This document shows, piece after piece, positions 50,134-60,835 of a stretch of 64,000 nt of DNA (position 1 is the stretch's first letter; each line of letters begins with the position of its first letter). Under the pieces are notes generated by a model. That model was not told where the DNA came from. It was given only the letters and a program-made list of their open reading frames with translations, and searched no databases. The stretch comes from a bacterium (GTDB lineage: Bacteria; Electryoneota; Electryoneia; Electryoneales; Electryoneaceae). The translations under genes were made by a program, and so were the position numbers. The stretch lies in contig CAXXKJ010000002.1 of the NCBI GenBank assembly GCA_963675295.2, positions 384,001 to 448,000 of the forward strand, written 5' to 3'.

Positions 50134-52749
50134 ATGAACAGAAGCGGGCGTGTGACAGGCATCGCGTTGGTGCTGCTGCTGGTGGTTGCGGCGGTAGGAT
50201 CGGCGGAGACGGTGAACGTGGACCAGTGGCTGCTCGCGGGTCCGGTGACGATTCCTTATGCGGATGCCGACGAGGGGCTGGACGTTGACCCGGTGGCTGG
50301 ATTGCTGGAAACTCTGCCGATTAACCCGTTCGAGTTCTGGCCGGCAGATGGCGATCCGGTGCTGCTCGGTGTCGGGCAGGAAGTCACGTTCGGCGCGTCG
50401 GACGGCATGATCCCGGTCGGTGACGACGGCAACGGCACCCGTTTCGCGCTGCTCGCGACGTATCTCAGTTCGCCGGCGTGGCAGGAGGGCAAGCTGAGCG
50501 TGGTCACGCAGTCGCCGTTCGCGTTGTTCATCGACGGCGAGTCGGCCAAATCGCGCACCGAGTTCAAGGATGAAGCAGACACGACCAAGCACAAGTTTGT
50601 GTTGGATCAGGGGCACCACCGTGTGCTGTTGGCGGTGGCGTTGTCCGACACCCAGGCGGTAGACAGTTGGGGGGTGCAGGTAACGTACATGATGGGTGAG
50701 GACACGCCTGCCGAGTGGGCACCGTCGGTGACGGTTGATCCGGAACACCCGTATGATATCATCGACTATTTCCGCAGCGACAATGTCAGCGCGCTGGCGA
50801 TCAGCCCGGACGGACGCTGGTTGGCTGCGGACATCAGCCGTCGCAGCCGCAAGGATGATGCGGTGACGGACAAGCTGGAAGTGTGGGACACGAAGGACGA
50901 GGAGCTGGTGTGGACGTACACGGCCTCGAAGGGCGTATCGAATGTGGCGTGGGCACCGGCCAGCGACCGTCTCCTGTTCAAGTCCGGCGACCGGTTCTTC
51001 CTCTGGCATCGTGAGACGAACGAAGTCCAGCGGATTGACACCGAGTTTGAGGACGCGGGCCAGTTCAAGTGGTCGGCGGACGGCCTCGGCCTGTTCTACA
51101 TGAAGACGCTGGAAAACGAGAACGAGGAAGATTACCAGGTGGTGTGGAAGCTGGCCGACCGTTGGGCGGGCTGGCGGAATCACTATGAGATTCGCTACTA
51201 CGGGATCTCGGACGGGTTGGATACACGTGTCTGTACGATGAAGTACAACCCGGACGCGTGGGATGTCGGCCGTGACGGCAAGACGCTGGCGTTCAAACGC
51301 TCGTTGCCGTTGCGGGATCGTCCGTACGAAATGCTCGAGCTGTTGGTGTACGATCTGGAAGCGGGCGAGCTGAAATCAGTGTACCAGAGCCGGAAGCAGT
51401 CGTGGTCGACGGCGCTGGCGTTGAGCCCGGACGGCAGCAAGATCGCGTTCACCGCGCCGGTGGGTGAGGTGTCGGGTGACGATTCTCCGCCGCCATACTA
51501 CAACACCGGCCATCAGCGGTTGTGGATCCTGGACATTGCAAGCGGTGAGACCGAGGTGGTCGATCCGGAGTTCAAACCGTCAATTCACTACATGCTGTAC
51601 CGGACGTCCCGGGACAATGAATTCGTGTGGACAGACGACAACGAAGTCGCGTTCTCGTCGATATACATGAAGAAGGTGCTGTACTGCACATGGTCGCCGG
51701 GAGATGAGCAGATCAACGCGCAGCGTGTTTCCACGCCGGGCTTCTCGAATCTGACGATTGCGACCGGCGAAGGCACGGACATGATCGCCTACCGTGGCGA
51801 CGTGGTGGACGATCTGTGGGATGTGCACACGTGGAACAGCAAGCGTGAAAAGGGCGGTGTGCTGATCGACCTGAATCAGGAATCGACGCGTTTGACGATT
51901 CCGGTTCCGCGGGTTGAGGATTATGACTACGTCAACAGTGACGGTGTCACGGTCTACGGCTACCTGTACTACCCGCGCGACTACGACGAGTCGCAGAGCT
52001 ACCCGATGCTGGTGGAAACGTACGGTGGTGTAATCGGGTACGGCGACAGCTGGCAGTTCCTGATTGAATTGTTCGCCAACCGAGGGTATTTCGTCTACGT
52101 GCCGGTGCCGCGTGGCGCCGTCGGATACGGACAGGCATACGCCGACACGCACGCGAACGACTGGGGCATTCTGACCAGCCGTGACATGAACGAAGGTGTC
52201 CGGCATATCGTGGCGAATGTGCCGGGTGTTGACGGTGCCCGGGTCGGGTTTGCGTCGGGCTCGTACGGCGGTTTCCTCGCAATGTACCTGCTGTCGATGG
52301 ACAAGGACGATCCCGATTATTACCCGTACGCGACGGCGGTCAGCAATTACGGCATCAGCAACCTGGTGAGCTACTGGGGTGTTGGCTGGTGGGGTGTGCA
52401 CTACAGCGAAAAGGCGAGCACCGGATCGTACCCGTGGAACGCGACGCAGTGGTACAACGACCAGTCGCCGGTGTACCAGGCGGACAACATCACGGTGCCG
52501 CTCCTGTTGCTGCACGGCGAGGCGGACACGAATGTGCCGGTGGGTGAGAGCGCGCAGATGTTCGCGGCGCTGGAAACGCTTGGCCGGGATGTGGTGTACA
52601 TCAAGTGGCCGGGTGAAAACCACGGCATCGCGAGCACGCGGACGAAGTACCTCGAAACCAAGCGTATGCATATCGAGTGGTTTGACAAGTACTTGCGTGA
52701 CCAGCCGGGTGCGTGGGACAAGCGGATGGAAAACGAGTTTGATAAGTAA
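50134..52749 (+). CDS. Secreted S9 (prolyl oligopeptidase family) peptidase
   Basis: Signal peptide, beta-propeller, GSYGG nucleophile motif, HGEADTNV, GENH. Confidence 0.92.
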   Translation: MNRSGRVTGIALVLLLVVAAVGSAETVNVDQWLLAGPVTIPYADADEGLDVDPVAGLLETLPINPFEFWPADGDPVLLGVGQEVTFGASDGMIPVGDDGNGTRFALLATYLSSPAWQEGKLSVVTQSPFALFIDGESAKSRTEFKDEADTTKHKFVLDQGHHRVLLAVALSDTQAVDSWGVQVTYMMGEDTPAEWAPSVTVDPEHPYDIIDYFRSDNVSALAISPDGRWLAADISRRSRKDDAVTDKLEVWDTKDEELVWTYTASKGVSNVAWAPASDRLLFKSGDRFFLWHRETNEVQRIDTEFEDAGQFKWSADGLGLFYMKTLENENEEDYQVVWKLADRWAGWRNHYEIRYYGISDGLDTRVCTMKYNPDAWDVGRDGKTLAFKRSLPLRDRPYEMLELLVYDLEAGELKSVYQSRKQSWSTALALSPDGSKIAFTAPVGEVSGDDSPPPYYNTGHQRLWILDIASGETEVVDPEFKPSIHYMLYRTSRDNEFVWTDDNEVAFSSIYMKKVLYCTWSPGDEQINAQRVSTPGFSNLTIATGEGTDMIAYRGDVVDDLWDVHTWNSKREKGGVLIDLNQESTRLTIPVPRVEDYDYVNSDGVTVYGYLYYPRDYDESQSYPMLVETYGGVIGYGDSWQFLIELFANRGYFVYVPVPRGAVGYGQAYADTHANDWGILTSRDMNEGVRHIVANVPGVDGARVGFASGSYGGFLAMYLLSMDKDDPDYYPYATAVSNYGISNLVSYWGVGWWGVHYSEKASTGSYPWNATQWYNDQSPVYQADNITVPLLLLHGEADTNVPVGESAQMFAALETLGRDVVYIKWPGENHGIASTRTKYLETKRMHIEWFDKYLRDQPGAWDKRMENEFDK

Positions 52750-52861
52750 AAGGAAGTCGGTAGTACAACGTCCGAAGTCGAAAGTCACCAACTGTGCTGA
52801 CTGACGAGAGACGAAGGACGAAAGACGCGAGACGAACCCAACCGACCAGGAATCGGCGACG

Positions 52862-53650
52862 ATGAAATGGCTGCGTGACGGCTACACACTGGAAGATGTC
52901 TACAGCAAGGTGAAGGCGGCGAAGGATCGTGTGCTGCTGACGGATTACGACGGCACGCTGGCGCCATTCGTGTACGAGCGCGGGCGAGCGAAACCGTACC
53001 CCGAGGTGATGGAGGTGCTGAACGAGATTGCGAAGGCGGATCGCAGCCGTGTGATCGTGATCTCTGGCCGGTCGATCCAGGGGTTGAGCCGTCTGTTCAA
53101 GCTGGATGTGCCGGTAGAGATGTGGGGCACGCACGGCTGGGAACGTCAGAACGAGGAAGGTGAACGGACCACGTGGCCGATCTCGGACGAAGCCCGGGAA
53201 GCGTTGTACGAAGTCATCAACTGGGCGGAAAACGAGGAGTTTTCCAGTCATCTCGAGGTGAAGCCGGCGAGTGTCGCGTTGCATTGGCGTGGCACCGACG
53301 CGCACATGCGCGAGCACCTGATGGACCGTTCGGCAAAGATCATGGGATCGTTGGCGGAGAAAACCGGTCTCGAGCTGCACGAGTTCGACGGCGGGCGGGA
53401 ACTGCGTGTCCCCGGACGGAACAAGGGGTTGGCGGTTGATCGCATCCTGCAGGATGTCGACAAAAGCACCTACCTCACCTATCTCGGCGATGACAAGACG
53501 GACGAGGACGCGTTCGAGGTGATCGGGACCAGGGGGTTGCGGGTGCTGGTGCGGAACGAGGCGCGGGAGACGAAGGCGGATTTGTTGTTACGTCCACCGC
53601 GTGAACTGATGCGTTTCCTCGAAGGGTGGCTGAGCGCGTTACGGGGGTAG
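52862..53650 (+). CDS. otsB: Trehalose-6-phosphate phosphatase
   Basis: DYDGTL, ISGR, NKG, GDDKTDEDAF. Confidence 0.92.
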   Translation: MKWLRDGYTLEDVYSKVKAAKDRVLLTDYDGTLAPFVYERGRAKPYPEVMEVLNEIAKADRSRVIVISGRSIQGLSRLFKLDVPVEMWGTHGWERQNEEGERTTWPISDEAREALYEVINWAENEEFSSHLEVKPASVALHWRGTDAHMREHLMDRSAKIMGSLAEKTGLELHEFDGGRELRVPGRNKGLAVDRILQDVDKSTYLTYLGDDKTDEDAFEVIGTRGLRVLVRNEARETKADLLLRPPRELMRFLEGWLSALRG

Positions 53651-53965
53651 GTGAGTCGAGTTGGGAACGGTTGGATAGGTCGCGCCGACAGAGCTTGCGC
53701 GGGCATCCGGGTGTGTCGTGTTTTGATTACCCGCGTTGTCAGAGCCAACACGGGCAAGAACTTTGAAGAACGCGAAAAGTTGGGAAAAACAAAGTGTTAG
53801 GTTCTCGAGAGGCTCGAATTCAATTCAATCAAACGGAACTGTGGTATCACCTGCGTTGTACCTAGTTCGGGAGATCGAACGTCTGGAACCTTCGGACGGT
53901 CTGGTTCGATGAAAGACTCTGTCGTTCTCACGCAACCGTCCCCTTTCAATCAGTGAGGCAGTAGC

Positions 53966-55504
53966 ATGTTAGGCAAACGCCTGGTTGTCGTCTCGAACCG
54001 CTTGCCGGTGGCAGTGGTCAACGACGGGCAGACCAAGACGCTGAAACCGTCTTCCGGTGGACTGGTGACCGCGCTGAATCCGATTCTCGAATCGGAGGGC
54101 GGGTTGTGGATCGGTTGGCCGGGAATGGGTGAGGACGAGGAAATCCGTCCGCTGGCGGAGCAGTACAACCGGGACCACACGTACAAGATCCATCCGATTC
54201 CGTTGACCGAAGCTCAGGTCGATCGATTTTACCTCGGGTTTTCCAACCAGACCATCTGGCCGCTGTTCCACGACTTTCTCGGCACGACGCATTTTGATGT
54301 CGGGCAGTGGGAAGAGTATGACAAGGTCAATCGGATTTACGCGGAACACATCGCGGAAGAAGTCGGCCCGGGCGATTTCATCTGGGTGCATGACTACCAG
54401 TTGATGCGGGTGGCGTATCATCTGCGCAAGCTGGGTGTCGAACAACCGATCGCATATTTTCATCACATCCCGTTCCCCGCGCCGGATTTGTACCGGCGGC
54501 TGCCGTGGGCGCAGCAGATTTTCAACGGGACGATCCAGTACGATTCGATTGGATTTCAGACGTTACGTGACCGGCGCAATTTTGTCGCGTTGGCGCGTGA
54601 GCGGTTACGCAAGACGAACTTCCGGATCCAGCGGCGTCACACGACCTTCACCATCAACAACCGCAAGGTGCATGTCGGGAACTACCCGATCAGCATTGAC
54701 TTCGACGAGTTTGACCGTGGTGCGCGCAGCAACGCGGTGAAGATGGAGATGGAAGTGATTCGGCAGGCGTACCAGGTCGATCACCTGGTGCTTGGACTGG
54801 ACCGGCTGGATTACACCAAGGGCATTCCGCAACGTTTCCTCGCGTTCGAACGGCTGCTGGAAAAATTCCCGGAATTGCAGGGTAAGATCAGCCTGATTCA
54901 GGTGGTGGTGCCGAGCCGGACTCAGGTGAAAACCTATTCGGATCTGAAGGAACAGCTCGACCAGTTGACAGGCCGGATCAACGGGCGTTTCGGTCGGCAT
55001 GGGTATGTCCCAATCCATTACTTCTTCAAGCATTTGAACCGGTCGCAACTGCTTGCGTTGTACAGCAGTTGCGAGATCGCGTTGATCACGCCGTTACGGG
55101 ACGGCATGAACCTGGTCGCGAAGGAATACGCGGCGGCGTCCGGCGATCACAGGAACGTGCTGGTGTTGAGCATGTTCACCGGATCGGCGGATCAGTTGGG
55201 CAAGAGTGCGTTGCTGGTGAACCCGTACGACCTGGAAGGGACCGCGAACACGTTACACCGTGCGTTGCACATGGATCCACGTGAGCGGCGGCGGCGGATG
55301 CGGGATCTGCGGACGCAAATCCGGCGGAACGATGTCCATCGCTGGGTGAAATGGGTGATGGGAGCGTTAACCGGCGTCGAGGTCCAGGATATTGCATCTG
55401 AACTGGAAGGGAAAGGCGAGGCGCCGTACGACCCTGATCCTGAGCTGAGCCCGCATGTGGAATCAGCCCGGCGTGCGCGGGAAGTGCCGAAGAAGCTACT
55501 CTGA
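53966..55504 (+). CDS. otsA: Trehalose-6-phosphate synthase (GT20)
   Basis: VVSNRLP, WVHDYQL, HIPFP, DRLDYTKGI, DGMNLVAKEY. Confidence 0.95.
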   Translation: MLGKRLVVVSNRLPVAVVNDGQTKTLKPSSGGLVTALNPILESEGGLWIGWPGMGEDEEIRPLAEQYNRDHTYKIHPIPLTEAQVDRFYLGFSNQTIWPLFHDFLGTTHFDVGQWEEYDKVNRIYAEHIAEEVGPGDFIWVHDYQLMRVAYHLRKLGVEQPIAYFHHIPFPAPDLYRRLPWAQQIFNGTIQYDSIGFQTLRDRRNFVALARERLRKTNFRIQRRHTTFTINNRKVHVGNYPISIDFDEFDRGARSNAVKMEMEVIRQAYQVDHLVLGLDRLDYTKGIPQRFLAFERLLEKFPELQGKISLIQVVVPSRTQVKTYSDLKEQLDQLTGRINGRFGRHGYVPIHYFFKHLNRSQLLALYSSCEIALITPLRDGMNLVAKEYAAASGDHRNVLVLSMFTGSADQLGKSALLVNPYDLEGTANTLHRALHMDPRERRRRMRDLRTQIRRNDVHRWVKWVMGALTGVEVQDIASELEGKGEAPYDPDPELSPHVESARRAREVPKKLL

Positions 55505-55792
55505 CCAACCCTCACTGGCGGGATTCTGCCGCCAGTCGAAGACGGTAAGGATCTGGATTTCGTCAGCAAAGATGGAAAACGTGACGCGATAGTAATCGAC
55601 AATGATATATCGAATTTCTTCAGCGTCGACACGCGGCCTGACAATACCCTGCCACGGTAGTTTTAACAGGTCTTCACAACGCGAGATGATGCGCTGGATG
55701 ACCTCATCAGCGGTTTCTTCCGAAAACTGAGTATAGTACTCCCAGATCGCTGCAAGACTAGCTTCCGAATTCGTTGACCAGGTTAGCCTCAT
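55496..55792 (-). CDS. ParE/RelE family toxin
   Basis: L.WS..A...L.AIWEY, P..G, VFDWRQNP; overlaps the antitoxin stop. Confidence 0.85.
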   Translation of the reverse strand: MRLTWSTNSEASLAAIWEYYTQFSEETADEVIQRIISRCEDLLKLPWQGIVRPRVDAEEIRYIIVDYYRVTFSIFADEIQILTVFDWRQNPASEGWSE

Positions 55793-56082
55793 CCTGCATT
55801 CCGGGTTGACTGCTTGCGTTCAGACAAGCGGCGCTTCAGCTCGTCAGTTGAAATCGACCTGCCGGCATTGCCGTCTGCGAGACCTCTCGCAATCGCGGCA
55901 AGTTCCTTGATTTCGCTGTGCAGGCGGTCGTGTGCCTGCGGCGATAACAGTACACCGGCGGATTTGCCGTTCTGGGTGAGCACAATCGGGCCCTGCTCGC
56001 GGAGATACTGTAGGTATTCGCTAGTGCGTGCCTTAAAATCGCTAACGGAAATAATGGCCTGTGCGGACAGTTGGTCGTGCAT
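55789..56082 (-). CDS. Phd/YefM family antitoxin
   Basis: ISVSDFKA, PIVLTQNGK.AGVLLS, RGLAD..AGR. Confidence 0.88.
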   Translation of the reverse strand: MHDQLSAQAIISVSDFKARTSEYLQYLREQGPIVLTQNGKSAGVLLSPQAHDRLHSEIKELAAIARGLADGNAGRSISTDELKRRLSERKQSTRNAG

Positions 56083-56165
56083 GGTATCCTCCGGATTGAC
56101 GGAATTTTAACGAAATTTAGTCGAAATTTCGTCGATATTCAACCGAAATTCGAACGATATTTCAT

Positions 56166-57065
56166 TTGAACGCACCGATTCCCTACTACGGCGAGCTGCT
56201 CTCGTTCGCCACGGCATTTATCTGGGCGTCCGCCGTCATTTTGTTCAAGAAGAGCGGCGAAACGGTCAGTCCGCTCGGCTTGAATTTGTTCAAGAACGCG
56301 CTGACGTTCGTGCTCCTGATCCCGACGATGCTGGTGCTGGGGGTGTCGTTCTTCCCGGAAGATTTGCCGTTCAGCGTGTACGGACTGGCGATGGTCGGCG
56401 GATTGCTCAGCATCGGGCTGGCGGACACGACATTGTTCCGCAGCTTGAATATGCTCGGTGCGGGCCGTTTCGCGGTGGTGGACTCGTTGTACAGCCCGTC
56501 GATTATCCTGTTCGCGTTTGTGTTTCTCGGCGAACGGCTGACACTGTGGCAATGGATTGGCGTCGGCGCGGTGGTTTCGGCGGTGTTCATTTCCAGCTAC
56601 GAGAAGAATGAGGAGAAGCTGGAACGGCGGCGGTTGATCGAAGGCACGATCTGGGGTGTCAGCAGCGTGTTGTTGATGGCGGCGGGGCTGACGATTATCA
56701 AGCCGGTGCTGGAGTCGAACCATCTGCTGTGGGTGACATTCTGGCGGGTAGTAGGCGGCCTCGGCACGATGTTGCTGATCCTCACGGTACATCCACGCCG
56801 GAAGATCGCGCTGCAATCGTTGATGAAGCGGGAAGGGTGGGGCTACACCTTTTTCGGTTCGTTCCTCGGGGCGTACCTGGTGACGATGGTCTGGCTCGGC
56901 GGGATGAAGTACACGACGTTGTCGATCTCGTCAGCGTTAAATCAAACCGCGACGGTGATCACGTTTCTGCTGGCTGCGTTGCTGTTGAAGGAGCCGATCA
57001 CGCCGCGTCGGACGATCGCGATCGGGATGGCGTTCGCCGGAGCGTTGGCGGTAACGTTCGGGTGA
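56166..57065 (+). CDS. DMT/EamA family transporter
   Basis: About 10 TM helices; duplicated LGERLT and LLKEPIT motifs. Confidence 0.9.
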   Translation: MNAPIPYYGELLSFATAFIWASAVILFKKSGETVSPLGLNLFKNALTFVLLIPTMLVLGVSFFPEDLPFSVYGLAMVGGLLSIGLADTTLFRSLNMLGAGRFAVVDSLYSPSIILFAFVFLGERLTLWQWIGVGAVVSAVFISSYEKNEEKLERRRLIEGTIWGVSSVLLMAAGLTIIKPVLESNHLLWVTFWRVVGGLGTMLLILTVHPRRKIALQSLMKREGWGYTFFGSFLGAYLVTMVWLGGMKYTTLSISSALNQTATVITFLLAALLLKEPITPRRTIAIGMAFAGALAVTFG

Positions 57066-57191
57066 ACGGAGCGTGTATCGCCACGGATAGACGCAGCATC
57101 AGCATGACACACCTGCCGCCAACCTGCCGAACACTGAATGCTGATCCCTTCGCCGTTTAGCTGACCACTGATTACTGACCACTGTCTTTTC

Positions 57192-57632
57192 TCATCCCAT
57201 CCACGGCCGGTAGAGCATCAGGTAGACCAGCACACCGGTGATGGAGACGAACATCCACACCGGCCACACCCACCGTGCGAGCTTGCGGTGCAGGGTAAAT
57301 TTCTGCCGCAACGCCGCGATGACCAGCACGATGATGAACGGCGTCATCAGGCCCGCGAGGATGACATGCGGGATGAGGATGGTGAAGTACAGCGGCCGGG
57401 TCCAGTCGTGGAACGGGTACGGCACCGACCCGACCTGCGCGTGATAGACGAGATAGCTGATCAGGAATGCAGTGGAGAGGGCCAGCGCGACGACCATCAG
57501 GTTGCGGTGCGCCTGCCAGTTGACACGGTCACGGCGGATACGCAGCCAGCCGAGCAGCAGGAAGACGGCGGCGGAACCGTTGAGGACGGCGTTCAGGGTG
57601 GCGTGTGCGCTGGCGTGTGGAAGTGTTTCCAC
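57192..57632 (-). CDS. DUF420 membrane protein
   Basis: LNAVLNG, HRNLM, FLISYLVYH, HRKLARW..PVW. Confidence 0.88.
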   Translation of the reverse strand: METLPHASAHATLNAVLNGSAAVFLLLGWLRIRRDRVNWQAHRNLMVVALALSTAFLISYLVYHAQVGSVPYPFHDWTRPLYFTILIPHVILAGLMTPFIIVLVIAALRQKFTLHRKLARWVWPVWMFVSITGVLVYLMLYRPWMG

Positions 57633-57634
57633 GG

Positions 57635-58249
57635 TCAGTTGTCCTCACCGTTCATCTGTTCAAGCAACACGACGATCTGATCATGCAGGGCGATCATCGG
57701 CTTTTGTTCGAGCGAATTGTAGTAGCCACGGATCTGGCCGTACGGGTCGACGAGGGCGAATTTGGACGAATGCCCCATCGGCAGGTTGTCCGCCGGCAAC
57801 ATGAAGCCTTTCTCCGAAACGCGCTGTACTTCTTCCATCGGACCGTTGAGGAAATTCCAGCGGTGGTCGGTCACACCGTGCTCGCGGCCGTACTGTTTCA
57901 TCACCTCGGGGGTGTCATGCTGTGGGTTCACGCTGATCGAGACGATCTGAAACTTGTCAGTATCGTCGAAGGCGTTGTATAGCTTCTGCTTTTCGACCAC
58001 CATCACCGGGCAGATGGTCTGGCAGGTGGTGAAAAAGAAGTCGACCACGGTGATTTTGCCGAACAGATCGTCACGTCCGAAGGCGACCGAATCCTGGTTG
58101 ACGAACTCGAAGTCGGGCACAGTGCCGTAAATCGGTAGTTCGGTCTTGGATTTCTCGGCGTTGGTCAGGATGAAGGTGGCGAATACGGCGAGGGTGGCGA
58201 CAACCACCGCGCCGGCCACGATACCACCGATAGCTTTTCCGTCAGACAT
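57635..58249 (-). CDS. SCO family copper chaperone
   Basis: FFTTCQTICP, DTPEV, HS..FALVD. Confidence 0.92.
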   Translation of the reverse strand: MSDGKAIGGIVAGAVVVATLAVFATFILTNAEKSKTELPIYGTVPDFEFVNQDSVAFGRDDLFGKITVVDFFFTTCQTICPVMVVEKQKLYNAFDDTDKFQIVSISVNPQHDTPEVMKQYGREHGVTDHRWNFLNGPMEEVQRVSEKGFMLPADNLPMGHSSKFALVDPYGQIRGYYNSLEQKPMIALHDQIVVLLEQMNGEDN

Positions 58250-58261
58250 CAGGGGTCTCCG

Positions 58262-59224
58262 TCATCGTCGTTGGTTTATCTGGTACGATGCGATGGAAGG
58301 CAGGAAGTTGTACTTCACGCAGACGAAAAGAATCAGGAGGCTACCGAGCAGCAGCGCGCTGAGCCAGAGGTGGAACACCTGCAGCAGCGGCATGTAGCCG
58401 TAGATAATCATTGCCAGCCCGACGACGATCTGTCCCATCGCGACGGCGGTGACGCTGACCGCAGCCTGAAAAACGAGGGTGGACGGCTGCTCGGATCGTT
58501 TGATCAGCGTGACGGCGTTGTGCATCACCAGCAGCGCGACGATAACGCCAAGCAGTTGGTGGATGACGCTGATCGGTCCGACGGCGTCGGTCCAGAACGA
58601 ATGCCCGCCGAGCGGTTCCAGTTCACGGATGACCTTGATCGCGCCGCGTAGTTGCGTGCCGAGAATGGTCTGGATCACGGCGAGGATCGAGGTGATGGTG
58701 AGCCAGGTGTTGAGCTTGGTCGGATAGAGCGGGCGGCGCTCGACATACGGATGCCGCAGGAAGCGCAGTTGCAGCGCGGTGTAGAGCAGTGCCAGCGCGA
58801 TGGTCAACGACAGCAGCATGTGGATCGCGACGAGGAATGGTTCCAGCCCGCTGGCGACAACCTGGCCACCCTGCCAGCCAACATAGGCGACGAGGATCAG
58901 CGAGGCGACCGCCGGAATCCAGACACGCGGGAAACGGCGGGCGTCCTTGATCGCAAGGATCGCGGTGATCAGGATGAAAATGCCAACGAGTGCGCCGAGC
59001 ATGCGGTTGCCGTACTCGATCCACGCGAGGGTGAAGTTGAACAGGCTGGGGTCAATGTCTGGCGGAAGTTGCTCGACCGAGGTCGGCGGCAGCCAGCGTC
59101 CGAAACACTTCGGCCAGTCCGGGCAGCCGAGTCCGGCTCCGGAAACGCGGACAAGCCCACCGGTAAAGATGAGCAGAAAGGTTGCGAGGGTGCTGGTCCA
59201 GGCGAAGCCACGCAACGTCTTCAT
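58262..59224 (-). CDS. ctaA: Heme A synthase (COX15/CtaA family)
   Basis: GAGLGCPDWPKC, AWIEY.NR, TM histidines. Confidence 0.85.
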   Translation of the reverse strand: MKTLRGFAWTSTLATFLLIFTGGLVRVSGAGLGCPDWPKCFGRWLPPTSVEQLPPDIDPSLFNFTLAWIEYGNRMLGALVGIFILITAILAIKDARRFPRVWIPAVASLILVAYVGWQGGQVVASGLEPFLVAIHMLLSLTIALALLYTALQLRFLRHPYVERRPLYPTKLNTWLTITSILAVIQTILGTQLRGAIKVIRELEPLGGHSFWTDAVGPISVIHQLLGVIVALLVMHNAVTLIKRSEQPSTLVFQAAVSVTAVAMGQIVVGLAMIIYGYMPLLQVFHLWLSALLLGSLLILFVCVKYNFLPSIASYQINQRR

Positions 59225-59332
59225 TCTCTTACTCCTGCGACAGTTTGCTCATTATTTCACGAACTATGGTCAAAAAGTGCCGTCCTGATGACGGCAAAGT
59301 AGGGCTCAGGATACGCTGTTTCCACGTCCGGG

Positions 59333-59914
59333 TCAATGCCCGCCGGCTGCGGAGGGTTCATCCCCGGTGGTGGATTCGCCTGCGTGGTCCCCGGTTGCAG
59401 CAGCATCGCCTTCGCCGGTAGCGGCTTCATCAGTGGCAGCTTCACCTGTGACGGCTTCACCTTCGGCGGCGGCGTCATCCATGTGTTCGCTGGCGGCACC
59501 TTCCTCGCCGTGGGACGCGTCGCCGTGTTCGCCATGCGCGTTGGCTTTCAGCGGGGCACCGTCCTCGTTGTAGATCACCGCACGTTGGTTGATCGGACCG
59601 TTGACGTCCTCGTAGATCCGGCCACGGGTTTCAGTGTCGAACATGGTGAAGACGACAAAGGTCGCGAGGAAGACCAGCGAGCCGACAAAGAACGACGCGT
59701 ACAGCTTGTTGTCGTACTTGAGGTGCATGAAGAACAGCGCAACCAGCGACGCTTTCACAGCGGCAACCGCCATCGCGACGATGATGTTCATGCTGCCGAA
59801 GTCATACTGGGCCACCGCCACGGTGATGACGGTGAGGACGAACAACGCGCCCGCGACGCTGTAATAAACGCTCAGCGGCAGGATGTGGTGTTCATGATCG
59901 TGTCCGGAACTCAT
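59333..59914 (-). CDS. Cytochrome c oxidase subunit IV with acidic tail
   Basis: LFVLTVITV, KASLVALFFMHLKYD. Confidence 0.88.
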   Translation of the reverse strand: MSSGHDHEHHILPLSVYYSVAGALFVLTVITVAVAQYDFGSMNIIVAMAVAAVKASLVALFFMHLKYDNKLYASFFVGSLVFLATFVVFTMFDTETRGRIYEDVNGPINQRAVIYNEDGAPLKANAHGEHGDASHGEEGAASEHMDDAAAEGEAVTGEAATDEAATGEGDAAATGDHAGESTTGDEPSAAGGH

Positions 59915-59956
59915 GGGCTTGTCTCTTGTCTTTCGTCTCTCGTCACCGACAACGAC

Positions 59957-60100
59957 GAGATTCTTCACTTTGTTCAGAATGACGTGCTTTTACAGCTCCA
60001 ATAAGCTGGAGATCCTTCACTTCGTTCAGGATGACGCTCTTGCCAGCTTTCGGCTTTGTACTTACCGACTTTGTACTTCCTGACTTTGTACTTGCCGATT
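59957..60100. repeat. Two REP-like palindromes and a 15-bp tandem repeat
   Basis: GAGATYCTTCACTTYGTTCAGRATGAC twice; CTTTGTACTT three times at 15-bp period. Confidence 0.8.
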
Positions 60101-60113
60101 TGGCACTCCTGTT

Positions 60114-60794
60114 CTAGGCGATCAGGTACAGCAGCGGGAACAGGAAAATCCAGATCAGGTCGACGAGGTGCCAGTACAAGCCGCTGACCTCGACCGGGTT
60201 GTAATACTTCGAATGGAAATGGCCCTTGGCGGTGCGCACGATCAGCCACACGATCACGCCCATGCCGATCAGCACGTGGAGGCCATGCAACCCCGTCATC
60301 ATGAAGTAGATGCTGAAGAACACGTGCGGGTTGACGGTTTCTTCCAGGCCGGTGTAGGTGTAGAACTTGCCGGGCAGCTGGCCGAGATGGAACTTGTGCG
60401 CGTACTCGAAATACTTGACCACCATGAAGGTACCGGCGAGCACGAAGGTCGCGATCAGGTTGTAAAGCGCGACTTTCACCTTGTCCACCTGCAGGTAGCG
60501 GATGGAGAGGGCGAAGGTCAGCGAGCTGGTGATCAGCACGAAAGTGTTGAGCATGCCGAGACGCCAGTCCAGCACCTTGTGGGCGTCATGGAAGGTTTCC
60601 GGATGCCATGTGTGGTAGATCGCGTACGCCGCGAACAGCCCTCCGAAAAAGAGGACCTCGGTCACGAGGAACACCCACATCCCGAACTTGGAGGATTCCC
60701 GTTGTTGTGACGCATCGTAGAAATGATGCTGCACGTAGTCCGGGTGGCTGTGTCCGTGTTCCGCCGTGGCGGCCTGTGCTGCACTGTCGGCCAT
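60114..60794 (-). CDS. ctaE: Cytochrome c oxidase subunit III
   Basis: GMWVFLVTE..FFGGLF, TGLHGLHV, YWHLVDLIW. Confidence 0.93.
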   Translation of the reverse strand: MADSAAQAATAEHGHSHPDYVQHHFYDASQQRESSKFGMWVFLVTEVLFFGGLFAAYAIYHTWHPETFHDAHKVLDWRLGMLNTFVLITSSLTFALSIRYLQVDKVKVALYNLIATFVLAGTFMVVKYFEYAHKFHLGQLPGKFYTYTGLEETVNPHVFFSIYFMMTGLHGLHVLIGMGVIVWLIVRTAKGHFHSKYYNPVEVSGLYWHLVDLIWIFLFPLLYLIA

Positions 60795-60835
60795 CGCCTG
60801 TTCCTTTATGATGGTCGTACTGCTTTGTGTTGTGT

